From Candidatus Poribacteria bacterium (GTDB lineage: Bacteria; Poribacteria; WGA-4E; JAJDTR01), in contig CBDCTK010000002.1 in assembly GCA_965222225.1 (NCBI GenBank), forward strand, positions 1,792,001 to 1,856,000: a DNA stretch of 64,000 bases, read 5' to 3'. The notes beneath the pieces are model-generated. The model made no database searches. It had not been told where the DNA came from and saw only the letters and a list, made by a program, of their open reading frames with translations. Made by a program: the position numbers and the translations under genes. Numbering within the stretch: the stretch's first letter is position 1; each line of letters begins with the position of its first letter. Of the stretch, positions 31,459-41,422 are shown piece after piece.

Positions 31459-33751
31459 TCCCCGGAAAGGAAACCGACCAATGGACGTACGCGACCTAAT
31501 CATCGACATGACCGAACACAGCATGGATAGCCAAGTCGTAGTCATACGAGACGGCAAACGCTACGAAATTTCGGGAAGTAACCTCGAATATGGTCCAGAA
31601 GGCTACGAAGCCGTCCTCACACTCAACTTCCTAAATGAGGTAGGCGAACCAAAGTCATTCACGTACTACATGCTCAAGGCAGTCCATTTCATACAGAAGA
31701 AGCACATCATTGCACGTATAGCCGAATGCTCTATGGAACTGGAAAATTGGCGAGTTTGTTGGAAAGATGTTAAGTGAACGACGGCCCTGGATGCGATTCA
31801 GCCGAGGTGATAGCTATATAATCCATTCGCGCTTCCCCGGGGATCACGCTTCGGTTTTTAGCCAGGATGGTCGTTTTCTCATCGTTGCGTCAAAACGTCC
31901 GGATATTGAGTTGTGGAATGTGGAAACACGCCGTTTGGAAGGCCACTTTCAAGGTCACCCCGATGACGATGACTGGGTTGGGGGTGTAGTCATCAGTCCG
32001 GATGGAACGCGCATTGCTACGTTTGGATATGACGCAAAGTTCGTTTACGTTTGGGATGTGGAGACGCGACACCCGTTATGGCAAAAACGAGGCGGTTTTG
32101 GAACGGTTTCAGGATTGGCACTTAGTTCGGGCAGTCAACGATTGTACGTTGCGAATAAGACAGGTGTTCTACGGGCACAAGGTCCCCTGCCCGGGCCAGG
32201 TGAACCCTACTAGGAAGGATGGGACGATAGGGTGCGCGTTCGGGATGTCAAATCGGACCAACTGCTCAATACGTTCGGCGCCGAATTTTATAAACTGAAT
32301 GCGATAAACCTGTCTCCGGACGAGAAAACCGCAATCCTGCACTATGAGGATGCTGCCGTACTGTGGGATATCGAAGCGAAGCAACCGCTGAAGGTGTGGG
32401 CTGATTTTCCGAGCGGGATTGTTGACCTGAGCCCCGACGGTCAAACTGTGGTCTCCGTATCTTCATACTTTATTAAAACCTGGGATGTCGCTTCACTGGA
32501 AATGCGGCTACTCGTTTCTGCCGAAGGCGGAATATTTCGAAAATTCGCAATCTCTCTCGATGGACAAAAACTTACTGTCGGCAGAAATCCCTGGATTGAG
32601 GTCCGCAATCTTCACACCGGCAAAATTGAAACTCAATTTCCATATCACCACGGGCATTCTGAGATTGCCTTCAGTTCATCCGGAAAGTGGGTCGCAGCAG
32701 AGGGAGACTGCGGCAGTATCCGCATCTTCGAAACTGAAAATCCAGAAACAATTCGGACGGCTGTACCAGATAGTGATGGCGGTTCGACGTGGATGCGTGA
32801 GATAATGTTCAGTGAAAACGACCAATATTTGGCGGCTGTCGACGACGACGGGCGGGGTCTGTTGTGGAAACGCGAGGGTGACACCTTCGTCTTTCAATAC
32901 GCATGGCAAGTGCCAGAACCCTTTAGAAGTTACGAAGCGATTTTCGCCTTTCGTAAGGATGGTTCAGTCGTGCTAGCGGCCCCTGGACGGGAACACCTCC
33001 AAATCTGAAAACTCACGCCAAACGGTTCGCAGCTAGTAGCAACGCTGGATGCCGAGTCTCCGGCGCACTTTAGACCGGACGGTCGCTATCTCTTTGCCAA
33101 TCAAAATAACCGTTTCCAAATCTGGGACGGGCATACATACACGCCAATTGAGCACCCACTTATTCCAGAATACTTTGCCATCAGTCAAACGGGACCGTTC
33201 TCCTCTCCTACAACAGTAGTGCGGCGCAAATCCAGATTTGGGATGGAAGAGCGCTTCTCCCCGTTGAATCACGCGGTAATCAGATCGTCACATGGGGTCA
33301 GGGGAAGCAGAACCTACTTCTACAAAACTATCCCAACCCCTTCACGCCTGAATCGTGGACTCCGTTCCAGCTTGCGAACGAAAGCACCGTTACGATTCGT
33401 ATCTATGCCTCAACAGGTCAGGTGGTTCGTGTTCTACCGTTGGGGACAATGCCTGCAGGCGACTATTCCTCTCAATCGCAAGCGGCCTATTGGAATGGAA
33501 AAAATGAGATGCGGGAGACAGCGGGGAGCGGTATCTACCTCTACTCGATATACGCGGGCAACTTTTCGGCAACGCGCAAAATGCTTATCCGGAAATGAAC
33601 TGTTGCAGATGAAAGAGATACTTGGTACAATGCATGAGATTCTACTTGGTATATGTGGGCTTGATGGCGCGAGTTCTGTTGATGAAACGAAAATTAGTTT
33701 AATCGGCGTTGCTGTTAGTAGGTTGTCTGTTCAACGATTGTAGAAACCCAT

Positions 33752-34918
33752 TTGGCATCGGTCAATTCGGAGACATGCATGAACAAGTACCGTATTGCGA
33801 TTATTGGCTTAGGCGGCATGGGAAGGAGTCATGCCGAGGCGGTGGAGTTGGAGGCGAACTGCGAACTTGTTTCCGGGGCGGATATTGATCCGGGGCGCGC
33901 AGCATCTTGGGGGGAGCGTTTTGGCGTTAAAGCCATTTACGACGACTACGAAAGGATGCTTGATGAACAACGACAGGACATCGTCATCATCCCAACTCAG
34001 GCTCCGATACACCACGCCCCCACGGTTGCTGCGGCAAAGCGCGGCATCCACGTCTTCTGTGAAAAGCCGGCTGCCCTTAACCTCCTTGAAGCTGACGAGA
34101 TGGTAGAAACTTGTGACAAGCACAATGTCAAGTTTGCCATCAATCACATTAAACGCGCTAGCCCCTACAATCGGCACGTCCTATCGCTGATTGAAAACGG
34201 CGAAATCGGAGAAGTGGTTCTACTACAGGCAACGGACAAGGGTGGACGCAAGGCGGGCAACTCGCTGATGGAGATGGGCACGCATCTTTACGATTGGGTG
34301 CGGCTTTTCGGCGGCGATGTGGAGTGGACGCACGCGCACCTCGTTCAGATGGATGGTCGCGAATCAACTGTGGATGACATCAAGCATACTCAAGAGGTCC
34401 ACCCGCATGACCGTGATGCCGGAATTGTGCTTGGCGAGCGAGGCCACGCCTCGTTTCGCTTTAAGAATGGCATCCACGCAGATGCGCAATTTATCGGCCA
34501 ATCCCAGACAAACGATGACGGCTACGGTATTGACATCATCGGTACTGAAGGTCGAATCGCTGTTCGAGAAAGTGTTGGCACAACCATGTTTATCCATAGA
34601 GGGCAACACAAGACGCCGGCGGAGGCATGGGAACCGGTGCATCTTCCTGCCGAGGACCTTGACGAGGTAGGAAATCCCCGAGATCAAGGCACCATACGGT
34701 TATTATTGCAACGCCTTATGCTTCGCGATCTGATTGAAGCCATTGAGGAAGACCGCGACCCGTTCGCAAGCGGCAGGGATGGTCGCGATTGCCTCGAAAT
34801 GATTCACGCAACTTGGGAATCACATCGGCGGAAAACTCGGGTGTATATGCCACTAACCCCACGTGAACATCCACTTGAGCGATGGAGGCGCGAGGAACAC
34901 GACGCCTCTTTCAATTGA
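33752..34918 (+). CDS. Gfo/Idh/MocA family oxidoreductase (start probably 33779)
   Basis: IIGLGGMG, HVFCEKP, EMGTHLYD motifs. Confidence 0.92.
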   Translation: MASVNSETCMNKYRIAIIGLGGMGRSHAEAVELEANCELVSGADIDPGRAASWGERFGVKAIYDDYERMLDEQRQDIVIIPTQAPIHHAPTVAAAKRGIHVFCEKPAALNLLEADEMVETCDKHNVKFAINHIKRASPYNRHVLSLIENGEIGEVVLLQATDKGGRKAGNSLMEMGTHLYDWVRLFGGDVEWTHAHLVQMDGRESTVDDIKHTQEVHPHDRDAGIVLGERGHASFRFKNGIHADAQFIGQSQTNDDGYGIDIIGTEGRIAVRESVGTTMFIHRGQHKTPAEAWEPVHLPAEDLDEVGNPRDQGTIRLLLQRLMLRDLIEAIEEDRDPFASGRDGRDCLEMIHATWESHRRKTRVYMPLTPREHPLERWRREEHDASFN

Positions 34919-35022
34919 AACGCAATTCCAGTCGGTATCCCTGAATTGCCACCTTGATAAACTCGACTTTGTACATTTAAGCGGCATAACAGATGACGTC
35001 AATCAAGCGTTGAAGAAAAGCG
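34913..35022 (+). pseudogene. Possible YjbQ-like N-terminal fragment truncated by foreign DNA
   Basis: ...GITDDVNQALKKSG resembles YjbQ DIT..V...L..SG; continuation lost. Confidence 0.3.
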
Positions 35023-35160
35023 GGGGAGGTTGTGGTTGTCTGGTCTTCTTGGTCGACCGTTGAAAAAGTCGCCTCGGATTCGGCAGACCAGAACTAGTGT
35101 CTCACCCACCCCAGTGCGCCGGAGTCGCCAGTGGTTTCTGATACTATGCGACCTGTAAAG

Positions 35161-35268
35161 ATCTCTATGGGAACTCTATCGCAGTCACTATGGGATCTAC
35201 TATCGCCTCGGAATCTCTATCGCACTCGCTAATCGCTCGCTTGATCTATCCGCTCAGTTGATCGCTCC
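35161..35268 (+). repeat. CTAT-periodic modular repeat tract, copy 1
   Basis: CTAT/CTAA at 35165, 35176, 35188, 35200, 35217, 35229, 35246; shares blocks with copies 2 and 3. Confidence 0.7.
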
Positions 35269-35615
35269 CTACAAGAAATGGTGCATGGATCCCATCTTGA
35301 TTTGATGAACGAAGATCCTTACACCTTTAGAATCAGGTGCGATGGGCCTGCCGCATATTCTCCTCTGTATTGTACTTTTGTACAAAGCCGAGATAAGAAA
35401 AGATGCAGAAACTGAGTTTTTTATGATGAATCCACACGAGTTGGCGAAAACGGGACCGATTTGCTCATGGTCCATCAAACGGACACCAAAAACTCGGTTT
35501 CTCTGGAATAAGGAGCAACTTGCGTTAAAATATTGAACGTACAGTAGATTCTTCACCGCGCACCCACTGTCGGATTAAAGAATATCTAACCAATCAACTA
35601 CGACATCAGGCCCAA

Positions 35616-36308
35616 TTGGAGCGATTTATGGAACGTTTAGACATTCTTCACCCGTTGATTGACGAATACCTACTCGATGTTATTCCCGCACGCGATGAGG
35701 TGCTAACGGAGATGGAAGCACACGCACGGGAACACCGTTTTCCAATTGTTGGTCCGCTCGTTGGTCGCGTGTTGCATCAATTGGTGTTGCTGACTAACCC
35801 GACGCGAATTTTCGAGATGGGATCAGGTTTTGGTTATTCGGCGTATTGGATGGCGAAGGCATTGCGACAACCGGGAGCAGGCATCATCTGTACCGACGGC
35901 TCGCAGGAAAACGCTGACCGTGCGGCGAATTATCTTGCGCGCGGTGGTATCACGAATCGCATTGATTATCATGTCGGAAACGCGCTCGAAATCATCGACA
36001 AAACTGAAGGTGGCTTTGACATCATCTACAACGACATCGACAAAGATGGGTACCCCGAAGCGTTTCGCAAAGCGATTCCACGGCTCAGGAGTGGCGGGCT
36101 GTTTATTACGGACAACATGCTGTGGATGGGGCGTGTCGTTACGCACGATACCGAGGTTCGCTCGCCAGGGTGTGATGAACAGGATCAATGGCTGCACAAA
36201 ACCACGGTCGGAATCAAGGAATTGACGCGGCTGCTTTACAGTTCACCTGATGTGTTCACGACGATTATTCCGCTTCGCGATGGGGTTTCGGTCGCAGTGA
36301 AACGCTAA
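35616..36308 (+). CDS. O-methyltransferase (family 3)
   Basis: FEMGSGFGYS, DIDKDGY, ITDNMLW, PLRDGV motifs. Confidence 0.92.
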   Translation: MERFMERLDILHPLIDEYLLDVIPARDEVLTEMEAHAREHRFPIVGPLVGRVLHQLVLLTNPTRIFEMGSGFGYSAYWMAKALRQPGAGIICTDGSQENADRAANYLARGGITNRIDYHVGNALEIIDKTEGGFDIIYNDIDKDGYPEAFRKAIPRLRSGGLFITDNMLWMGRVVTHDTEVRSPGCDEQDQWLHKTTVGIKELTRLLYSSPDVFTTIIPLRDGVSVAVKR

Positions 36309-36493
36309 CGCACCAGTCGTGTTTAGTAGCTCTGAGATTTTGGGAAATGCAGAAACCATTGGAGAACAATTGATAAAGTCACTTATCGGTAAACATTCAA
36401 ACAAGCGAGGTAACGTGGCTATGGAAGAAAAATACGAATACAAAGTCATTTCAGCGAAGTCTGGTAAGAGTCAAGAGTGGGCAACTCTGAATG

Positions 36494-37906
36494 CAGGGGA
36501 AACGCATCTGATTTTTCAGAATAGAGTTGCCAGAGTAGTGGTCAAGTAATTGTTATCCCATGCGGCTTTGAGCCGTTTGTTGGCGACACCAAGTTTAGTT
36601 GACTATTCAGACTTGAGTAGATTGAGAGCAATGCGTCGAACAATGGCAAAGTTCTCACCGCTGTTATCTTTACGAATTCGAGACGCATCCTCGCGGAAAG
36701 CAACATCCAATACCCAATGACATGAGTTTTCAATCCGCCAGTGATGCCTGGTGGCTTCAAGCAACTTTGCCGCATCCCCGGGAAGCGAAGAAATGTAGTA
36801 GCGTGTCTCGCTGGCTACCTTTTGGTCGGCTTCTCGCTGAGCGGTGGCTTTGACGACTAAGTTGAGATTGGTGAGATTCTCAGGAATCTCTATCGCACTC
36901 GCTATGGGAACTCTATCAGGATCTTCTATCGGCTTCGCTATTTGCTCCGTTGAACCTCTGAGGGCGGAAATCACGCCGGAGTCTGCAATCGCATAAAGGA
37001 GTCTCTATCGCAGGATTTGCTATCGCGCGCGCTATTCGCTTGCTTGATCCCCTTGTTCAGTCGCTTGATCGGTGCGGGTTTCAATACGTCCATGATTGCC
37101 GTCAATTGTTTGGTTCAAGTCGACTTCAACATCTCTTAACTCGCTAGTTGAGACGCCATCAAACAGAAGTTGAACATCTTCATACAGCTGTCCTCGATTG
37201 GCTTTAAGCGCGAAAACGTAATCGGCATCTGAATCCACAACGGTTTGAGCGATGTCGGTTTGACAACCCATCGCATCAATAGTAACAATGCACCCTGACA
37301 CTTCTAAAACCTCTAACAACTCGGGAGTTGCTGGAATCTCATTGGATTTGTCGGCAACTTTAATTTGCCCAAATGCCACGCCCATGCACTAACTAGGTGA
37401 ATGGCAGCTCTGTTGTTATGAGTATCATAGGAAGGACGCAGTTGCTTTCCATCAACCGCAATCACTTGGCCTTGGGTGACTTTAATGGCGCTACGAATCC
37501 AGTTGATGAAACACTCCTCGAATTTCGTAGAATCTATCGCACCAAACACACGCCTGAATGTATCATGCGATGGGATGCCTTTTGGTAATTCCAAGAACTC
37601 AGCTAGCTACTTATACTTGGCACCTCCGAATGCTTCAACTGCCACCCAACTATCAGCGCCGCAAATAACGGCGCAGATAGCAATGACAACTCTATCAAGC
37701 AATTTATGGGGTGTGCGACAATCAACTCGTCTGGGGTCTGGCAATGAGCCAAAATGGGATTGTTAATCTCTAATCAACGATTAGCTTTACTCTGATATTG
37801 AGGAAATCGGGGGATTAGACATGTGTTCTGCTCCTTAGAAGATTTCATACAAGCATATCCCAAGTACCTCCCATGTCAAGCCCAAAATTTAGATGCGTTT
37901 CCCCTG
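36494..37906 (-). mobile_element. ISAs1-family insertion sequence with a pseudogenised transposase
   Basis: Perfect 16-bp TIRs CAGGGGAAACGCATCT; transposase motifs LPDPR, PSHDTF, IDAMGCQ, HGRIETR, HWRIENSCHWVLDV; stop, frameshift and internal foreign tract. Confidence 0.9.
36883..37070 (+). repeat. CTAT-periodic modular repeat tract, copy 2 (inside ISAs1)
   Basis: 22-nt exact match GGAATCTCTATCGCACTCGCTA with copy 1; period 11-13 nt. Confidence 0.7.
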
Positions 37907-38126
37907 GGAAGACTGGAAGGGTGGAAGTTTGGAAGAATGGGAAAGTGGGACACAGATAAATACGGATTCAAACACAGGAGTAGTAAAGAAGGAAGATTGG
38001 AAGGATAGTAGCAAAACGGTGGCTAATGGTCAATAGTTAGAAAAAAAGGCGCCATGCAAAGCTACACGAGTGTCTCCGACAGGGCGCCCTTCTGAATCCT
38101 CGGCTAAATGCTATTGTTTTCTTGGT

Positions 38127-38366
38127 TCAGACAGTTGCCTTCGGTGCCGCCTCCAACTCCGCAATGGCGCGGTTGACCTCGGCTTTAAGATCTAACGGCT
38201 GATTAGTGCTCAATTGTACCTTCAGATTCGACAGGGCAGCTTTCGCAGCTTCTAGGCGAGAAAGAGCGCTTTCACGTTGGTATCCTTTGAGCGCGTTAAT
38301 GACAATCCGCCGCCGATCCGAAGAACTGCTTGAAACTGCCTCTTGATATTTACGGAAGTGACACAT
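38127..38366 (-). CDS. Small hypothetical helical protein
   Basis: GAGAGG RBS; 79-aa ORF. Confidence 0.4.
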   Translation of the reverse strand: MCHFRKYQEAVSSSSSDRRRIVINALKGYQRESALSRLEAAKAALSNLKVQLSTNQPLDLKAEVNRAIAELEAAPKATV

Positions 38367-38641
38367 CGTTTATTTTCCTCCTCAATGTCCTGAATTTGTT
38401 GAGGAAATGGCGCATGAATTATGCCATTCTTTCTTACCGTATCTCAATCAGCCCCATTATCTTTCGTAGCGCCCTTAGAATGAAGAAAAAATTCAATTGA
38501 CCTCTCGTAGGCCCAGTATCAGTAATATTGAAGGTCCGTAAGTGTTTAGTCTATTGATTTCTAGCGCGAATGTAGGGAACCGTTTATGATCTTAGGGGGC
38601 TATGGCTCAAAAATGTTCGCATTATTATTGTAAAGGCAATC

Positions 38642-38992
38642 CTAGGTTCTGTTGACATTTATGTTAGGCGTGTGCGTAATTCGAGGGAGGCACCCAGCGG
38701 GTTGGGAGACCAAACCCTTACGGATTCCGGTGCATGTCTAACCGGGCCTAGGTCCCTTCGCCCATCCCTCCAACGGGTTAAGTTGTGTGCACAAGTCAAA
38801 AGAACGTGCAAAGCACAACGCGAACCCGTAGGGGCGGGGATCAAATGAGCGAATAGCGAATGCGATAGGGATCTTATTGCCCCGCCCTGACTTAACACTA
38901 ACTCGGTTGCTTTGCCCGATTTAATTATATGAGCGAACGTATTTATGCCTCCCTCGATCATCTGGTGACGATGAAATGTCAACAGAACCTAG
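38642..38992. mobile_element. MITE-like element with internal REP-like hairpins
   Basis: Perfect 19-bp inverted ends CTAGGTTCTGTTGACATTT / AAATGTCAACAGAACCTAG (TA or CTAG may be the target duplication); no transposase. Confidence 0.8.
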
Positions 38993-39252
38993 TGCTATTA
39001 GGCTCTGTCTTCAGGTTCGTAGTAGTGCAATCCTCCCCGACAAGGTTTACTATTACCCACATCGGGACAAGGGTGGATCAGGCTGATTCGGCGATAACGT
39101 AAACCTATAGTACTTAGCACCGATTTACCATTTATCGTAGATATGCGCATGCAAGATTCCATCTGGGAGAAGAGGGAAAATCGGCGATATGATGGTCGAG
39201 AATTCTACTCTGAGGCATACGTGCGTGGGAATCGGCGTTCTTACACACCTTG

Positions 39253-39335
39253 AAGATCTCTGTGGGAAGTTCTATCGAGATCGCCTTCGCTATGTGCTCA
39301 GTTGATCCCTCGCTATTAACTCGGTTGATCCTCTA
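39253..39335 (+). repeat. CTAT-periodic modular repeat tract, copy 3
   Basis: CTTCGCTAT.TGCTC.GTTGA and GCTCAGTTGATC blocks shared with copies 2 and 1. Confidence 0.55.
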
Positions 39336-39366
39336 GAATCTGGTGCGATTGCCCTGTGAAACGTGC

Positions 39367-40032
39367 TTATGCAATGCTACGAGTCTCTGATTTTTCGCGC
39401 GACTCACATCGCAAATAAGGACACAATTGGTGCTGCAGTTTCTTCCGTGCAAAGAACAGATGCGCTTTAATTGTGCCGACTTGCCGATTCAGCTTCCGCG
39501 CAATTGTTTTCAGCGCAAGTCCCTCGCGATAGTGCAGAACAAAGATCTCGTACTGCATCGGCGATAGTTGCTCTATCGCTTGATGTATTTGCTTCAACAG
39601 TTCTTCGTTTAGGACCATCTTTGACGGTGGTTCTGAGTTGGCATCGGTGAGGTTTGTTGTGATCGAGTCGTCAAACTCCCACATCTCAACGACAATCGGG
39701 CGCATCGTATTTCGGCGCTTGAAATCAATGCAAAGATTAACCGCGATCCGATAGAGCCATGTATAAAACTGAGATGCCTTCCTGAAATTGAACAGCCCTT
39801 GATAGGCCTTCAGAAACACATCTTGGGTGAGATCGAGTGCGTCTTCGTGGTTGTGGACGTTGCGATATACCAATCCATAAATGGATTTCTGGTAGCGAAT
39901 CATCAATTCGTTGAAGACTGACGTCTCCCCGCGTTGAAATCGCTTGACGAGTTGGGTATCATCCGTGGTTGCTTGAGCATATAATGGAAACACCTTTTTA
40001 TCTGAAAGCATTTCGGTTTTCCTTTCGATCAT
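39367..40032 (-). CDS. ECF sigma-70 factor
   Basis: DALDLTQDVFLKAY, FYTWLYRIAVN, GTIKAHLF. Confidence 0.92.
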   Translation of the reverse strand: MIERKTEMLSDKKVFPLYAQATTDDTQLVKRFQRGETSVFNELMIRYQKSIYGLVYRNVHNHEDALDLTQDVFLKAYQGLFNFRKASQFYTWLYRIAVNLCIDFKRRNTMRPIVVEMWEFDDSITTNLTDANSEPPSKMVLNEELLKQIHQAIEQLSPMQYEIFVLHYREGLALKTIARKLNRQVGTIKAHLFFARKKLQHQLCPYLRCESREKSETRSIA

Positions 40033-40172
40033 GCCGATAGCGTTAGATAATCTTCCGGTTTTCGTGTTTGACGGTACTATACCCTGAAAGTGGCTGTTGG
40101 TTGGCTCTGCTGTCCTAATTGCTTACCTATAATTGAGCTCAGCAAAGTATTATGTGCGAGTGTCAGGTGCGC

Positions 40173-41038
40173 TTACTTGTCCCTGTCTTCCACTTCCTCT
40201 TTGTCCTTCGCTTCTTCTTTGTCGGTTTCTTTCGCATTGTCCTCCCACTTTGCTTCGCCTTGCTCCTGTCTCTGGTTTCCTTGCGTTTTGCGATATTGCT
40301 TCCGCATCCGTTTGCGTTCTTCAGGAGAAGCGTCTTGAAACGGGTTCTTTATTCCCTTAAATTCCGTTGCTTGCCATCACGATTTTCTGTATTCTGATTC
40401 GATCGATTTTCACGGTTCAAAGAGCGATCCCCGCGGTCTTCCCCACCTGCCCCGCTGAGAAATGGGTTCGCCTCGGCGCGAATTGTCATTATATCCCCTG
40501 CCCTATTGAGTGTAACTTGGTTTGATTCAATGTCTTTGACGATCGCGTCTCCTATTTTTTCGCCCACACCTACATAGTAGAATTGTCTCGATCTCCGGTC
40601 CATCATGTACGCCCTTGCCTTGTTCCCTTCTGATTCGATCAGCGTTGCCATGAGTGTATACTGTAGCTCACGATCCGGTCTCTGCCAGCCAATTGGCCGG
40701 AAGAGGTTATTCTCAACAACCACACGGTAGAAATCTTCATCACCCTTCAGTTCCTTACGCTGATAGGCAGCAAGATTCTTGCTGCGTGCAGAGCCATCCT
40801 TACCTGTATTTTGCTTCTCACGATTTGCTCGTTTCGGGTCAGGCTCCTGATAGGCAAACCTCTCTCTGGAATTGTTTGTAATGTCGCCCTGAGCATTAAG
40901 GTTCTTGTATTGGCTGATTAACAACGTCAGCATCGCAACACCGCAGATCCCGATAACCGCGATGATTCTGAATCGAGTTTCCATTTCATTTCTCCGCAAT
41001 GGTTGGTTTGGCACTAGCGGAAGGTCATGTGACTTCAC
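40173..41038 (-). pseudogene. GspC-like membrane-anchored protein with apparent C-terminal frameshift near 40350
   Basis: TM, NNLFRP, YTL.ATL...VGEKIG HR-like domain; shifted frame continues FQDASPEERKRMRKQYR to TAA. Confidence 0.55.
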
Positions 41039-41422
41039 ACGAAATCCCCAAGCAATACACGCGGCGCATTGGCGGCAGTGTTATCGCAAAGTTTCTACCG
41101 CAAGGGTTACCGCTCAGTGTTAGTGGGATACCGCCTAAGCGCTGCCAAATAGAAGGCGTGCACAATGTCAATTGGCGATTCTCAGCCGCAAGCAGCGAAT
41201 CGATCCAAGTTGCGGATACACCGATAGGTTCATTGAATAGGAACCGCGGAACAATACGGTTTCTGGCCCATGCGCCAATCAGTGCTGGTCCGCTCTCAGG
41301 CGCCCCTTGGTGACCGCAACGCCCCAAGATGTCGAGCACGTTGCGCTGCTCGGTTCGGCCCCGTGGATGTCCGCCAGCACCTCCGGTTCAAACTCCCGTA
41401 CTAGGGCGTGCGAGTATTGCTG

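Larger units (their letters stand above)
30449..31733 (+). other. Foreign phage-like DNA insert carrying small ORFs
   Basis: Removing it restores DEIHL|WNWKIGEFVGKMLSERR in frame; A/C-rich plus strand. Confidence 0.75.
30026..33598 (+). pseudogene. WD40-repeat protein with FlgD-like C-terminal sorting domain; broken by a 1.29-kb insert, stops and a frameshift
   Basis: WD repeats (VWDV, FSPDG-like); tail YQNYPNPF...YWNGKNE..SGIYLY..ATRKMLIRK; TAG at 32211 and TGA at 33006. Confidence 0.8.

Noticed and set aside
35161-39335. CRISPR array
   Set aside because: No constant-length repeat-spacer structure and no cas genes
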